DNA of 32,000 bases from Rhodocyclaceae bacterium (GTDB lineage: Bacteria; Pseudomonadota; Gammaproteobacteria; Burkholderiales; Rhodocyclaceae), in NCBI GenBank assembly GCA_018262775.1, contig JADFDU010000033.1, forward strand, positions 1-32,000, given 5' to 3'. Below are positions 19,922-32,000 of this stretch, piece by piece. Position 1 is the first letter of the stretch. Each line of letters starts with the position of its first letter. The notes below the pieces were generated by a model. That model ran no database searches. It was not told the origin of the DNA and saw only the letters and a program-made list of their open reading frames with translations. Position numbers and translations under genes: made by a program.

Positions 19922-21500
19922 CCGAGGGGCAGCCCGAAGCGGCCTATACGGCCGGACGACCGGTCTCGGTCTGGACCTCGCTCCACTATTTCAATATCTA
20001 TCGCCTGATCGTGGCGAGCGTGTTCCTGCTCGCCGTGGCGTTCTATCCGCGCACGAGCGGCCTCGGCTCGCAGAGTCTGAGCCAGTTCGTATGGACCGGG
20101 CTGGCTTACTGGTTGCTGGCCATCTTTTTCTTTGGCGCGCAGACGCGGCTACGCCTAGGCTTTAATACGCTGCTGACCCTGCAGGTGACGGCCGACATCC
20201 TGGCGATCGCCCTGCTGATGTATGCCAGCGGCGGCGAAAAAAGCGGATTGGCGGTGATGCTGCTGGTGGTGCTGGCGGGCGCAGGCCTGGTCGGCCAGGG
20301 ACGGCTGACGTTGTTCTTCGCGGCACTGGCTACGCTTGCCGTCCTGATCGAGCAGGGCCTGCGCGTGATCGAATTTGGCGCCGACCCGGCCGATTTCGTG
20401 CAGGCCGGTATTCTTTGCATCGGCTTTTTTGCTACGGCGGTTTCCGCTCGCCTGCTAGCGCGGCGCGTTATCGCCAACGAGCAGTTGGCGCGCCAGCGTG
20501 GCATCGACCTGGCGAACCAGCTGTCCGTCAGCGAACGGGTGATCCGCGACATGCAGGATGGCGTGATGGTGGTGGATTTGAAGGAGAAGGTACGGCAATG
20601 GAATCCACAAGCCGAGATGCTGCTGCGCGTGCGCGCCCCGGTGCAGCCGGATCTGGCCTCTTTCTCGGTCGTATTGGCCGAGCAGTACCGCATTTACAAG
20701 GGTGATGCGCGCGAACGGATAGCGTCGTTGCGTGTGCCGGGTAGCGGTGCGTTGCTGCGTGCGCGCTTCGTCCTCGCCGGTGAGAGCGGCGATGTCCTGA
20801 TCTATATCGAGGACATGGGCCGCATCCAGCAGCAGGCGCAGCAGATCAAGCTGGCCGCGCTTGGCAGGCTGACGGCGAACATCGCACACGAGATCCGCAA
20901 CCCGCTCTCCGCCATCAGCCATGCCGCCGAACTGCTGCGCGAGGAAAAACGGATCGAGGGACAGGCGCGACTATCGCGCATCATCAACGACAACGCCCAG
21001 CGGCTGGAACGCCTGGTGCGGGATGTGCTGGAACTGGGCAGGCGCGACCGCACCTCGCAGGAGCCGGTACGGCTAACCGGCTTCCTAGAAAGCTGCCTCG
21101 AAGAGATGGCGATGCATGAGCGGATCGATCCGACCGTCTTTGCGCTGGCGGTCGAAGCCGACACCGTGCTGCTCTTTGACCGCACCCACCTCAACCAGGT
21201 GCTGTGGAATCTGTTGTCCAATGCGCTGCGCTATTGCAGCGGTGGGTCGGGTGCGATCAGGATCGAGGTGCGCAATATGGCGACCTCAGGGCGCACCGAA
21301 TTGCATATCATTGACGACGGTGCCGGGATCGACGAGGAAGCGCAGGGCAAGATCTTCGAGCCGTTCTTCACCACCCATGGCAAGGGGACGGGGCTCGGCC
21401 TGTATATCGCCCGTGAACTTTGCGAGGCCAACGATGCGGAGCTTGAGTGGATCGACAATGCGCCGGGTGCGCATTTCCGCATAATCGGGAGAAACCAGCA

Positions 21501-22873
<1,373 letters not shown>

Positions 22874-22877
<4 letters not shown>

Positions 22878-23425
22878 ACGGTGTTGAAGCAGAAGGCTGG
22901 CTGGCGGGTCTGCGGCGTGTGGGTTCCCCCAATTGCGACGAGCGCCCGCCCGGGATGCAGGTGAGGCTGATCGTCGTTCATGCCATCTCCCTGCCGCCGG
23001 GGGAGTTCGGCGGCGACGGCATAGAGCGCCTGTTCACCAATACGCTGGATCCCGGGGCGCACCCCTATTTTCACGAGATCCAGGCGTTACGCGTTTCCGC
23101 CCATTTCCTCATTTGGCGCGATGGCCGGATCGCGCAGTTCGTGCCTTGCCGTCTGCGTGCTTGGCATGCCGGCGCCTCCAGTTGGCGCGGGGCTGAGTGC
23201 TGTAACGATTTCTCGATCGGCATCGAGCTCGAGGGCTGCGACGAATTGCCTTTCGAGCCGCAGCAATATACGGCCTTGACGCGCCTCGTCCATATCCTGC
23301 AGCAGCACTATCCCATCGAAGATATCGTCGGCCATGCCGACATTGCACCCGAGCGAAAGACAGACCCCGGTCCGAAGTTCGATTGGGCACATTTCCATCA
23401 CCTCCTCGCCAGCAGTGAAGCGTAA
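22874..23425 (+). CDS. ampD: 1,6-anhydro-N-acetylmuramyl-L-alanine amidase AmpD
   Basis: 183 aa. SPNCDERP, VHAISLPPGEFGG, AWHAGASSW, NDFSIGIELEG, GHADIAPERKTDPGPKFDW. ATG overlaps the pilR stop (ATGA). Confidence 0.9.
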
Positions 23426-23523
23426 AAATTTCCGGTGTAGCGCGGCGACGCAAACGCATCGGCAAGCATGAGGTTTTTTTGCGACACGGATTTTTGGGGT
23501 ATGGCGAAAAATGCAGAAAACAC

Positions 23524-23552
23524 TTGCATCCGAAAAGTCAAGCTACTAGAAT
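23524..23552 (+). promoter_or_regulatory. Candidate sigma70 promoter
   Basis: TTGCAT (23524-23529), 17 nt, TAGAAT (23547-23552). About 470 nt upstream of the next convincing start codon (24026). Confidence 0.45.
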
Positions 23553-24025
23553 TAGGTCGTAATCTTTACTTGGGTACTATATCTAGTAGGTTGATGCAGT
23601 GTCCAGAATAGAGAAACGGACAGTAGTCCATACGTAAAAGGAGCGGGGCAATGAGGCAGTCCGGCAAGCCAGGCAGCAGGAGAAGCACGGAGACCGCTTG
23701 ATGCAGATCGCGATACGCGTCGGCCGCAGGCCGCGACATCCCTCCGGTTCATTCGTTCCTCTTTTCCTTTCCTCCTTCCTTTCTGTTTTTCCAGTCTTAA
23801 GCCGCAGCGGTGTCGCTGCCGGCACCCAAGTCACCCGATACAATTTTTCGCCGACTCGCCTGGCGTGCGAGTTGCTGCTTGCGCGCTTGCCATGCTCGTC
23901 GGCGGTTAACGGTTTTTGGAATTCAATCGGCGTGGTGTTGCCGCGTCGTTGGATAGTCCGAGCTCATTGAGGCGGACTGTAGTTGATGGTGTTTCTTTCC
24001 TGTTACTCGATATAGGAGGTTTGAA

Positions 24026-24649
24026 ATGGCTACTGCTAAGAAACCCGCTTCTAAAGCCAAGAAGCCCGCTGCCAAAAAACCGGCGGTGAAGAAGGCCGCC
24101 GCCAAGAGGCCGGCGGCGAAGAAGAAGCCTGCTGCGAAGAAGGCCGCTACCAAGAAGCCGGCAGTGAAGAAGGCCGCTGCCAAGAAGCTGGCGGCGAAGA
24201 AGAAGGCTGCTGCCAAGCGGCCGGCGGCGAAAAAAGCTGCTGCCAAGAAGCCTGCTGCGAAGAAGGCTGCTGCCAAGAAGCCGGCGGCGAAGAAGAAGGC
24301 TGCTGCCAAGCGGCCGGCGGCGAAAAAAGCTGCCAAAAAAGTAGCGAAGAAAAAGCCGGCAGCAAAGAAAGCGGCCAAAAAGAAGCCTGCGGCGAAAAAA
24401 GCAGCAAAGAAAAAGCCTGCGGCGAAAAAAGCAGCAAAGAAAAAGCCTGCGGCGAAAAAGAAGCCTGCGGCGAAAAAAGCGGCGAAAAAGAAGCCTGCGG
24501 CAAAGAAAGCAGCGAAGCCTGCTGCGAAACCGGCGGCAGCCCCTGCGACTGCCTCCTCCATGCCGTCAACCGCTGCTGCTCCAGGCCTGAAGTCATCGCT
24601 CAATCCGGCGGCAGCTTGGCCTTTCCCGACCGGCTCGCGTCCTTCCTGA
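24026..24649 (+). CDS. Histone H1-like / AlgP-like lysine-alanine-proline repeat protein (probable nucleoid-associated)
   Basis: AGGAGG 24014-24019, ATG 24026. About 170 aa of KKPAAKKAA repeats, then a non-repetitive tail ...SSLNPAAAWPFPTGSRPS. The antisense FFAAG ORF is a shadow. Confidence 0.8.
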   Translation: MATAKKPASKAKKPAAKKPAVKKAAAKRPAAKKKPAAKKAATKKPAVKKAAAKKLAAKKKAAAKRPAAKKAAAKKPAAKKAAAKKPAAKKKAAAKRPAAKKAAKKVAKKKPAAKKAAKKKPAAKKAAKKKPAAKKAAKKKPAAKKKPAAKKAAKKKPAAKKAAKPAAKPAAAPATASSMPSTAAAPGLKSSLNPAAAWPFPTGSRPS

Positions 24650-24656
24650 GCTCATG

Positions 24657-24723
24657 CGGACCGCCCGGATGGGTGGCTTGGCCCTATCGTGACCAAGCCC
24701 ACCCGTCGGCGGTCCGTTTTTTT
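24657..24723 (+). terminator. Rho-independent terminator (long stem)
   Basis: cggaccgcccggatgggtggcttgg ... ccaagcccacccgtcggcggtccg followed by TTTTTTT (24717-24723). Confidence 0.8.
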
Positions 24724-24797
24724 GACGCTACCCTGCCAGTCTGGCAAGCATGGGCACTGCATTGAACTGGGTGCAGTTAATGTGCGACGCACAATTA

Positions 24798-24838
24798 TTG
24801 CCATATATATTGACAAAGCTATAATAAATCAACACAAT
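24798..24838 (+). promoter_or_regulatory. Two overlapping sigma70 promoter candidates in an AT-rich patch
   Basis: TTGCCA (24798), 16 nt, TATAAT (24820-24825). Also TTGACA (24810-24815), 17 nt, CACAAT (24833-24838). Preceded by the 13-bp palindrome tgtgcgacgcaca (24781-24793). Confidence 0.4.
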
Positions 24839-25064
24839 GATAAATGCTGCATCGCCATATTTTTTAGAAGTTAAAACCAAGATTCGAGGCGGCTCTTAGT
24901 CTAGGATTAGCGGCAGTTCTACTCTCGGTTCATCCGGCAACCGGGATAAGCGCGCCACAAAGTGTCGCGCCTTGTTATTCATTCCCTTCAGTTTCAGACC
25001 ATGGTGCCCAACGCCATGGCGAATTAGCGGGGAGCAGATGGCCCGGAATTTGAAAGGAGCAAGC

Positions 25065-25754
25065 ATGATGTTGAATGCTGCGGGACTGAAGCGATTCATG
25101 AGAGAAGCAGTATCCATCGCGATGCACTTCACACATGGCGGCCTGGTAGTGGCGGGTATTCTGGTTACCGGTTTCCTGTTTGCGCACATCGGGTCGGCAA
25201 AAAGTCATGGGCTTGGTTTGCAGGAACTTGGCGGCATGATCGCCGAAGGGCGGGTGCAGAAGGAGGGTGATGCTGCCTTCGACTTAGGCGTGACGAAGTC
25301 GGGCGTTTTCGCTACTGTGGAGTTTCTTTCGCGCAGATACCGGGTTGCTGCAACGGCCATCGAACCTCTCGTACGTGCAGCCCAGACTGCGGGTGAACGG
25401 ACAGGCCTTGATCCGATGCTGCTTGTCGCCGTCATGGCGATCGAGTCTGGATTCAATCCGATTGCCGAAAGTCCGATGGGCGCACAGGGCTTGATGCAGG
25501 TGATCCCACGCTTCCACCAAGACAAGTTGGAGGCGGTGTCGAACAGCGAAAGCCTGCTCAACCCCATCGTGAATATCCAGGTTGGTGCGCTCGTTCTGAA
25601 GGAATACATCCGCAGTACCGGCTCGCTGGAAGCCGGACTGCAGAAGTATGCCGGCGCGCTTGGCGATGATGAAGGTATGTATGCCGCCAAGGTGCTGGCG
25701 GAGAAGCAGCGCATTGAATCCGCCACCCGGCGTGGACGCCAGAACAGCGCCTGA
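25065..25754 (+). CDS. Membrane-anchored lytic transglycosylase (SLT domain)
   Basis: AAGGAG 25054-25059, ATG 25065. TM helix GGLVVAGILVTGFLFA. Catalytic signature VMAIESGFNPIAESPMGAQGLMQV. Confidence 0.85.
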   Translation: MMLNAAGLKRFMREAVSIAMHFTHGGLVVAGILVTGFLFAHIGSAKSHGLGLQELGGMIAEGRVQKEGDAAFDLGVTKSGVFATVEFLSRRYRVAATAIEPLVRAAQTAGERTGLDPMLLVAVMAIESGFNPIAESPMGAQGLMQVIPRFHQDKLEAVSNSESLLNPIVNIQVGALVLKEYIRSTGSLEAGLQKYAGALGDDEGMYAAKVLAEKQRIESATRRGRQNSA

Positions 25755-25766
25755 ACGCCCGCTCGG

Positions 25767-27054
25767 CTAATTTCCCAGATAGCGCGCCATGCGCGCTACC
25801 CCCTCTTCCAGTTTGTCCCTTGCCACCGTGTAGGCAAAACGCACGTGCCGTTGCGGCGCGTTCGCTCCGAAGTCCAGGCCCGGCGTGATGGCGACGCCGG
25901 GCTTTTCGATGAGCTCGCGAGCAAAAGCCTCGCTGTCTGGCGTGATCCGCGAGCAGTCGGCGTAAAGATAGAAGGCTCCGCGGGGCTCCGCGGCGATGCG
26001 GAATCCCATGCGGCGCAAAGCCGGCAGCAAATAATCACGCCGTGCCTTGAACTCTGCCCGCCGTGTTTCCAACAATGCAATCGTCTCAGGCAGAAACGCG
26101 GCCAGGGCAGCATGCTGTGCTGGTGCCGATGGCGAGATGAACAGGTTCTGCGCCAGTTTCTCGATGTCGCGCTTGAAGCGCTGCGGGGCCACCAGCCAGC
26201 CCAGCCGCCAGCCGGTCATGCCGAAATATTTTGACAAGTGTTTTAGCTTTTTACCCCAATAGTGTTTTCTATTGTAAAAACCGGTCTAATTTTTTACTCA
26301 ATAGAAAACATGTTGAGAAACTATTGATGACAAAAATCTCGTCCGAGAGCGCGAGAGCGGTGTCGGTATCGCGGCCACCCCCCAAGGGGACGTCCTTCGG
26401 GGCGTAGGTCAAGCCGTGGTATATCTCGTCCACCAGCAACGCCCCGCCGCGTTTGGCGACGCAGTCAGCCAGTTCGACCATAGAGGCTGTTTCAATCAGG
26501 GTGCCCGTTGGATTGGCCGGTGACGCGACCAGGAGCCCCTTGCTGCGCGGTGTCCAGTGCTGCGCCACCTGTTCGGCCGTGGGTTGATAGTTCGTTTCCG
26601 GGCCGACGGCCATGGCGCGTGGCGCACCTTCCAGCGTGCGCACGAAATGCCGGTTGCAGGGGTAGCCGGGATCGGGCAGCAGCAGTTCGTCGCCGGGGTT
26701 CAGCAGTGCGGCCAGGGCGAGCAACAAGGCCCCTGATGAACCAGCGGTGACGGCGATGCGCTCAGGGGAGACATTGACGCCGTAGCGTTCGGCGTAGAAA
26801 CGGGAAATCGCCTCGCGCAATGGGGGGATGCCGAGGGCCGGGGTGTAGAAAACCTGGCCTTGACGGATGAATGCCTCTGCTGCCTCGATGACGGCGGGCG
26901 GCGTGGGAAAGTCCGGCTCGCCCACTTCCATGTGGATGATGCTGCGGCCCTCGGCCTCAAGCTGACGAGCGCGCGTGAGCAGTTCCATGACATGAAAGGG
27001 CGCGATGTCGGCCATGCGCCGGGCCGGGGCCGGCTGGGGAAGGTGACGGCTCAT
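25767..27054 (-). pseudogene. Class I/II PLP-dependent aminotransferase, interrupted at the PLP-lysine codon by an 82-bp insertion
   Basis: The N-terminal part (27054-26314) ends ...DEIFVINSFS then reads into the insert and stops. The C-terminal part resumes (S)KYFGMTGWRLGWLV at 26234. Deleting 26235-26316 restores VINSFSKYFGMTGW and a 401-codon frame. Confidence 0.85.
26235..26316. mobile_element. AT-rich miniature hairpin element (78 bp plus a second copy of TTGA)
   Basis: TTGA at 26231-26234 and 26313-26316. Perfect 12-bp inverted repeat tgttttctattg (26263-26274) / caatagaaaaca (26299-26310). CAATAG-tgtttt-CTATTG palindrome at 26257-26274. Strongly AT-rich compared with the flanking coding sequence. 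Confidence 0.6.
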
Positions 27055-27084
27055 GATGGGGGAAGAATAGCATTACCCATCAAT

Positions 27085-27114
27085 GGCAACGGGCGCCGAG
27101 AGGCGCCCGTTGCC
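27085..27114 (-). terminator. 13-bp GC hairpin between pckG and the aminotransferase (terminator-like, no U-tract)
   Basis: ggcaacgggcgcc-gaga-ggcgcccgttgcc, 16 nt downstream of the pckG stop. No T-run on the minus strand, so function is uncertain. Confidence 0.3.
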
Positions 27115-27129
27115 GAAGCGGGGAGAGGT

Positions 27130-28971
27130 TTATTCCAACCTGCCAAAATTCATGCGGAAGAGCTCGCGCTTGAGCACCAGCTGCTGCGGCAGACGCTCCT
27201 TCAGCTTGTCGAACAGCTCGCCGTGGAGGTCGAGTTCCTCCTGCCACATCTGCGTATCAACGCGGGTGAGTTCCTGGAATTGCTCGCGCTTGACGTCGTC
27301 CAGCCCCGTCCAGTCGAGGTCCTCGAAGCGCGGCATCCAGCCAAGCGGCGTTTGCTGCGCGCCGACGCGGCCCTTGACGCGGTCCACAATCCACTTGAGG
27401 ACACGCATGTTTTCGCCGAAGCCGGGCCACATGAAATTGCCCTTCGCATCCTGGCGGAACCAGTTCACTGTGAAGATGCGCGGCGGATTGTCGACGACAT
27501 GCCCCATGCGCAGCCAGTGGTTGAAGTAGTCGCCCATGTGGTAGCCACAGAAGGGCAGCATGGCGAAGGGGTCGCGGCGCACCTGGCCGATCTTGCCGGC
27601 GGCGGCAGCGGTGGTTTCCGAGCCGAGGGTGGCGGCCATGTACACGCCATAGTTCCAGTTGAAGGCCTCGAACACCAGCGGCACGGTGGTGGAGCGCCTG
27701 CCGCCGAAGATGAAGGCGGAGAGGGGTACACCGGCCGGGTCTTGCCATTTTTCGTCGAGCGACGGGCACTGACTAGCCGGGGCCGTGAAGCGAGCGTTGG
27801 GATGTGCGGCCGGGCGGCCGCAGCCGGGAGTCCATTCCTTGCCGGTCCAGTCGGTGAGCTTCTCCGGCGGCTGTTTGGTCATGCCTTCCCACCAGACGTC
27901 GCCGTCGGGGGTAAGCGCCACGTTGGTGAAGATGACGTTGGCGCGAAGCGTGGCCATGGCGTTGAAATTGGACTTCTCGGAGGTGCCCGGCGCAACGCCG
28001 AAATAGCCGGCTTCCGGGTTGATAGCGTAGAGTTGGCCACCCTTGCCCGGCTTGATCCAGGCAATGTCGTCGCCCACGGTGGTGACCTTCCAGCCGCCGA
28101 GGCTCTTCGGCGGGATCAGCATGGCGAAATTGGTCTTGCCGCAGGCACTTGGGAAGGCCGCCGCGACGTAGCTCTTCTCGCCCTTGGGGTTTTCCACGCC
28201 GAGGATCAGCATGTGCTCGGCGAGCCAGCCCTGGTCGCGTGCCATGGTCGAGGCGATGCGCAGGGCGAAGCACTTCTTGCCGAGCAGCGCGTTACCGCCG
28301 TAGCCGGAACCGTAGGACCAGATCTCGCGCGTCTCGGGAAAGTGCACGATGTACTTGGTGTCCTTGTTGCAGGGCCAGCGCACGTCCTGCTGGCCGGGTT
28401 CAAGCGGGTGGCCGACGCTGTGCAGGCAGGGGACGAATTCCCCGTCCTCGCCTAGGACGTCATACACGGCCTTGCCCATGCGCGTCATGATGCGCATGTT
28501 GGTGACGACATAGGGCGAGTCCGAGATCTCCACGCCGATGTGGGCGATGGGGCTGCCCAGGGGACCCATGCTGAAGGGAATCACATACATCGTGCGGCCG
28601 CGCATGCAGCCGCTGAAGAGGCCCTTGAGCGTTGCCTTCATCTTCGCCGGGTCTTCCCAGTTGTTGTTCGGGCCGGCGTCGTCCTTGTGCTGCGAACAGA
28701 TGAAGGTGCGGTCCTCGACGCGCGCTACGTCGGAGGGATCGGACCAGGCCAGATAGGAATTCGGGCGTTTTTCCGGGTTGAGCTTGATCAGGCTGCCGGC
28801 CGCGACCATCTCGCCGCTCAGACGGTCATATTCTTCCTCGGAGCCGTCGACCCAGACGATGCGCTCGGGCTGGGTGAGGGCCGCGACTTCCGCCACCCAG
28901 GCCTTGAGGTGGGCGTTGCGGACATAAGCGGGTGCGTTGATGGCAATGGGTTCGGAAAGGCGCTGGTTCAT
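27130..28971 (-). CDS. pckG: Phosphoenolpyruvate carboxykinase (GTP)
   Basis: ATG at 28971 ([17 protein letters not shown]). [15 protein letters not shown] kinase-1a P-loop, [34 protein letters not shown]-terminal signature. Confidence 0.95.
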   Translation of the reverse strand: MNQRLSEPIAINAPAYVRNAHLKAWVAEVAALTQPERIVWVDGSEEEYDRLSGEMVAAGSLIKLNPEKRPNSYLAWSDPSDVARVEDRTFICSQHKDDAGPNNNWEDPAKMKATLKGLFSGCMRGRTMYVIPFSMGPLGSPIAHIGVEISDSPYVVTNMRIMTRMGKAVYDVLGEDGEFVPCLHSVGHPLEPGQQDVRWPCNKDTKYIVHFPETREIWSYGSGYGGNALLGKKCFALRIASTMARDQGWLAEHMLILGVENPKGEKSYVAAAFPSACGKTNFAMLIPPKSLGGWKVTTVGDDIAWIKPGKGGQLYAINPEAGYFGVAPGTSEKSNFNAMATLRANVIFTNVALTPDGDVWWEGMTKQPPEKLTDWTGKEWTPGCGRPAAHPNARFTAPASQCPSLDEKWQDPAGVPLSAFIFGGRRSTTVPLVFEAFNWNYGVYMAATLGSETTAAAAGKIGQVRRDPFAMLPFCGYHMGDYFNHWLRMGHVVDNPPRIFTVNWFRQDAKGNFMWPGFGENMRVLKWIVDRVKGRVGAQQTPLGWMPRFEDLDWTGLDDVKREQFQELTRVDTQMWQEELDLHGELFDKLKERLPQQLVLKRELFRMNFGRLE

Positions 28972-29181
28972 GATGCGGATTCTCCAGGACGAATCTTGCG
29001 TGAAGTCGATTTGCGGCTGGCCGGGATGGCGAAGCATTCACGGTAGCGGAATGGACTGTATGCGTGCGATTTGAGGCGGAAAGTGCAATGCAATATTATG
29101 CCACAACCCCAATGACCCGATAAACTCCGCTATTGGTCTGGCCTTTTCGGCCGGCCTCGAGAAAACACAAGGATAAAGAAG

Positions 29182-31461
<2,280 letters not shown>

Positions 31462-31504
31462 TCTCGGTCTTCAGGGCTGCGCCGCCGCTGCCGTTATACC
31501 CAGC

Positions 31505-32000
31505 ATGAAAGTCAGTCCCGGCAAGACGGCGTTGATCCTCACCGGCGGCGGCGCGCGCGCTGCCTATCAGGTCGGTGTGCTGGCGGCCATCAGCGAGCTG
31601 CTGCCGGACAACACAAGCAATCCCTTCCCGATCATTTGCGGCACTTCGGCGGGCGCCATCAACGCCGCCGCACTGGCGTGCTGCGCCGAGGATTTCGACA
31701 AGGGCGTGCGTTACCTGCAGGATGTCTGGCGGAATTTTCATGCGTCCGATGTCTATCGCGCAGATGCGCTGGGGATCGGCGCCAGCGGCCTCAACTGGCT
31801 GTCGGCCTTCATGTTCGGCTGGCTCTTCAAGCACAGCCCGCGTTCCCTGCTCGACAATACGCCGCTGCGGCACCTGCTCGAGCGTAGTCTGGATTTCGGC
31901 AATATCGATGCGGCGATCGAAAGCGGCGCCCTCTATGCCGTGTCGATTACCGCCTCGGGCTACCTTACCGGCCACAGCATCAGTTTCTTCCAGGCTGCGC
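31505..32000 (+). CDS. Patatin-like phospholipase (3' end outside window)
   Basis: ATG 31505. LILTGGGARAAYQVG (GGGxR oxyanion hole) and CGTSAGAINA (GxSxG). Frame stays open to the window edge. Confidence 0.8.
   Translation, partial: MKVSPGKTALILTGGGARAAYQVGVLAAISELLPDNTSNPFPIICGTSAGAINAAALACCAEDFDKGVRYLQDVWRNFHASDVYRADALGIGASGLNWLSAFMFGWLFKHSPRSLLDNTPLRHLLERSLDFGNIDAAIESGALYAVSITASGYLTGHSISFFQAA

Noticed and set aside
23466-23480. T-run (ttttttt) after ampD as a possible intrinsic terminator.
   Set aside because: No stable GC hairpin could be found immediately upstream, so it is not reported as a terminator.
23698-23970. 90-aa plus-strand ORF (MMQIAIRVGRRPRHPSGSFVPLFLSSFLSVF...).
   Set aside because: About 61% GC3 by hand count, with frequent rare codons (ata, agg, cga, tta, ctt), unlike neighbouring genes. 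The hydrophobic stretch comes from the polypyrimidine tract. No recognisable domain. Kept only as part of the finding on this gap.
23923-24603. 226-aa minus-strand ORF of FFAAGFFFAA repeats, plus 24147..24596(-).
   Set aside because: It is the mirror image of the KKPAA repeat gene. The plus-strand gene has a strong SD, an ATG and a terminator, whereas the antisense frame has none.

Overview
GC-rich proteobacterial chromosome, mostly core genes. The synteny (apaG / rpe-gph-trpEGDC, and ispB / rplU-rpmA-obg-proB) looks betaproteobacterial, Rhodocyclales/Burkholderiales-like; this is inferred, with no database search possible. In order: M23 peptidase 3' end, secA, an HDOD protein, argJ, apaG(-), rpe, gph, trpE, a GxxExxY nuclease, trpG, trpD, trpC, two type II toxin-antitoxin pairs (mazEF-like, dinJ-yafQ-like), a porin, proB-obg-rpmA-rplU(-), ispB, tRNA-Pro(CGG), a small zinc-ribbon protein with pilS-pilR-ampD, a lysine/alanine/proline-repeat histone H1-like protein, a lytic transglycosylase, an interrupted aminotransferase(-), GTP-PEPCK(-), maeB and a patatin-like lipase 5' end. 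The unusual content is small structured DNA elements laid over these core genes. (1) A long palindromic element built from CACAGAG units fills all three intercistronic junctions of trpEGDC, and one copy carries a PD-(D/E)xK 'GxxExxY' nuclease gene exactly in its loop. This resembles an autonomous/non-autonomous pair and is the best candidate for an undescribed system. (2) A different G/C-rich nested palindrome is inserted in frame inside trpC. (3) An AT-rich 82-bp hairpin element splits an aminotransferase at its PLP-lysine codon, and removing it restores the frame exactly. (4) The first 16 codons of obg are duplicated 95 bp upstream, with only synonymous differences. All product calls rest on motifs recognised by eye. 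No homology search or folding computation was run.
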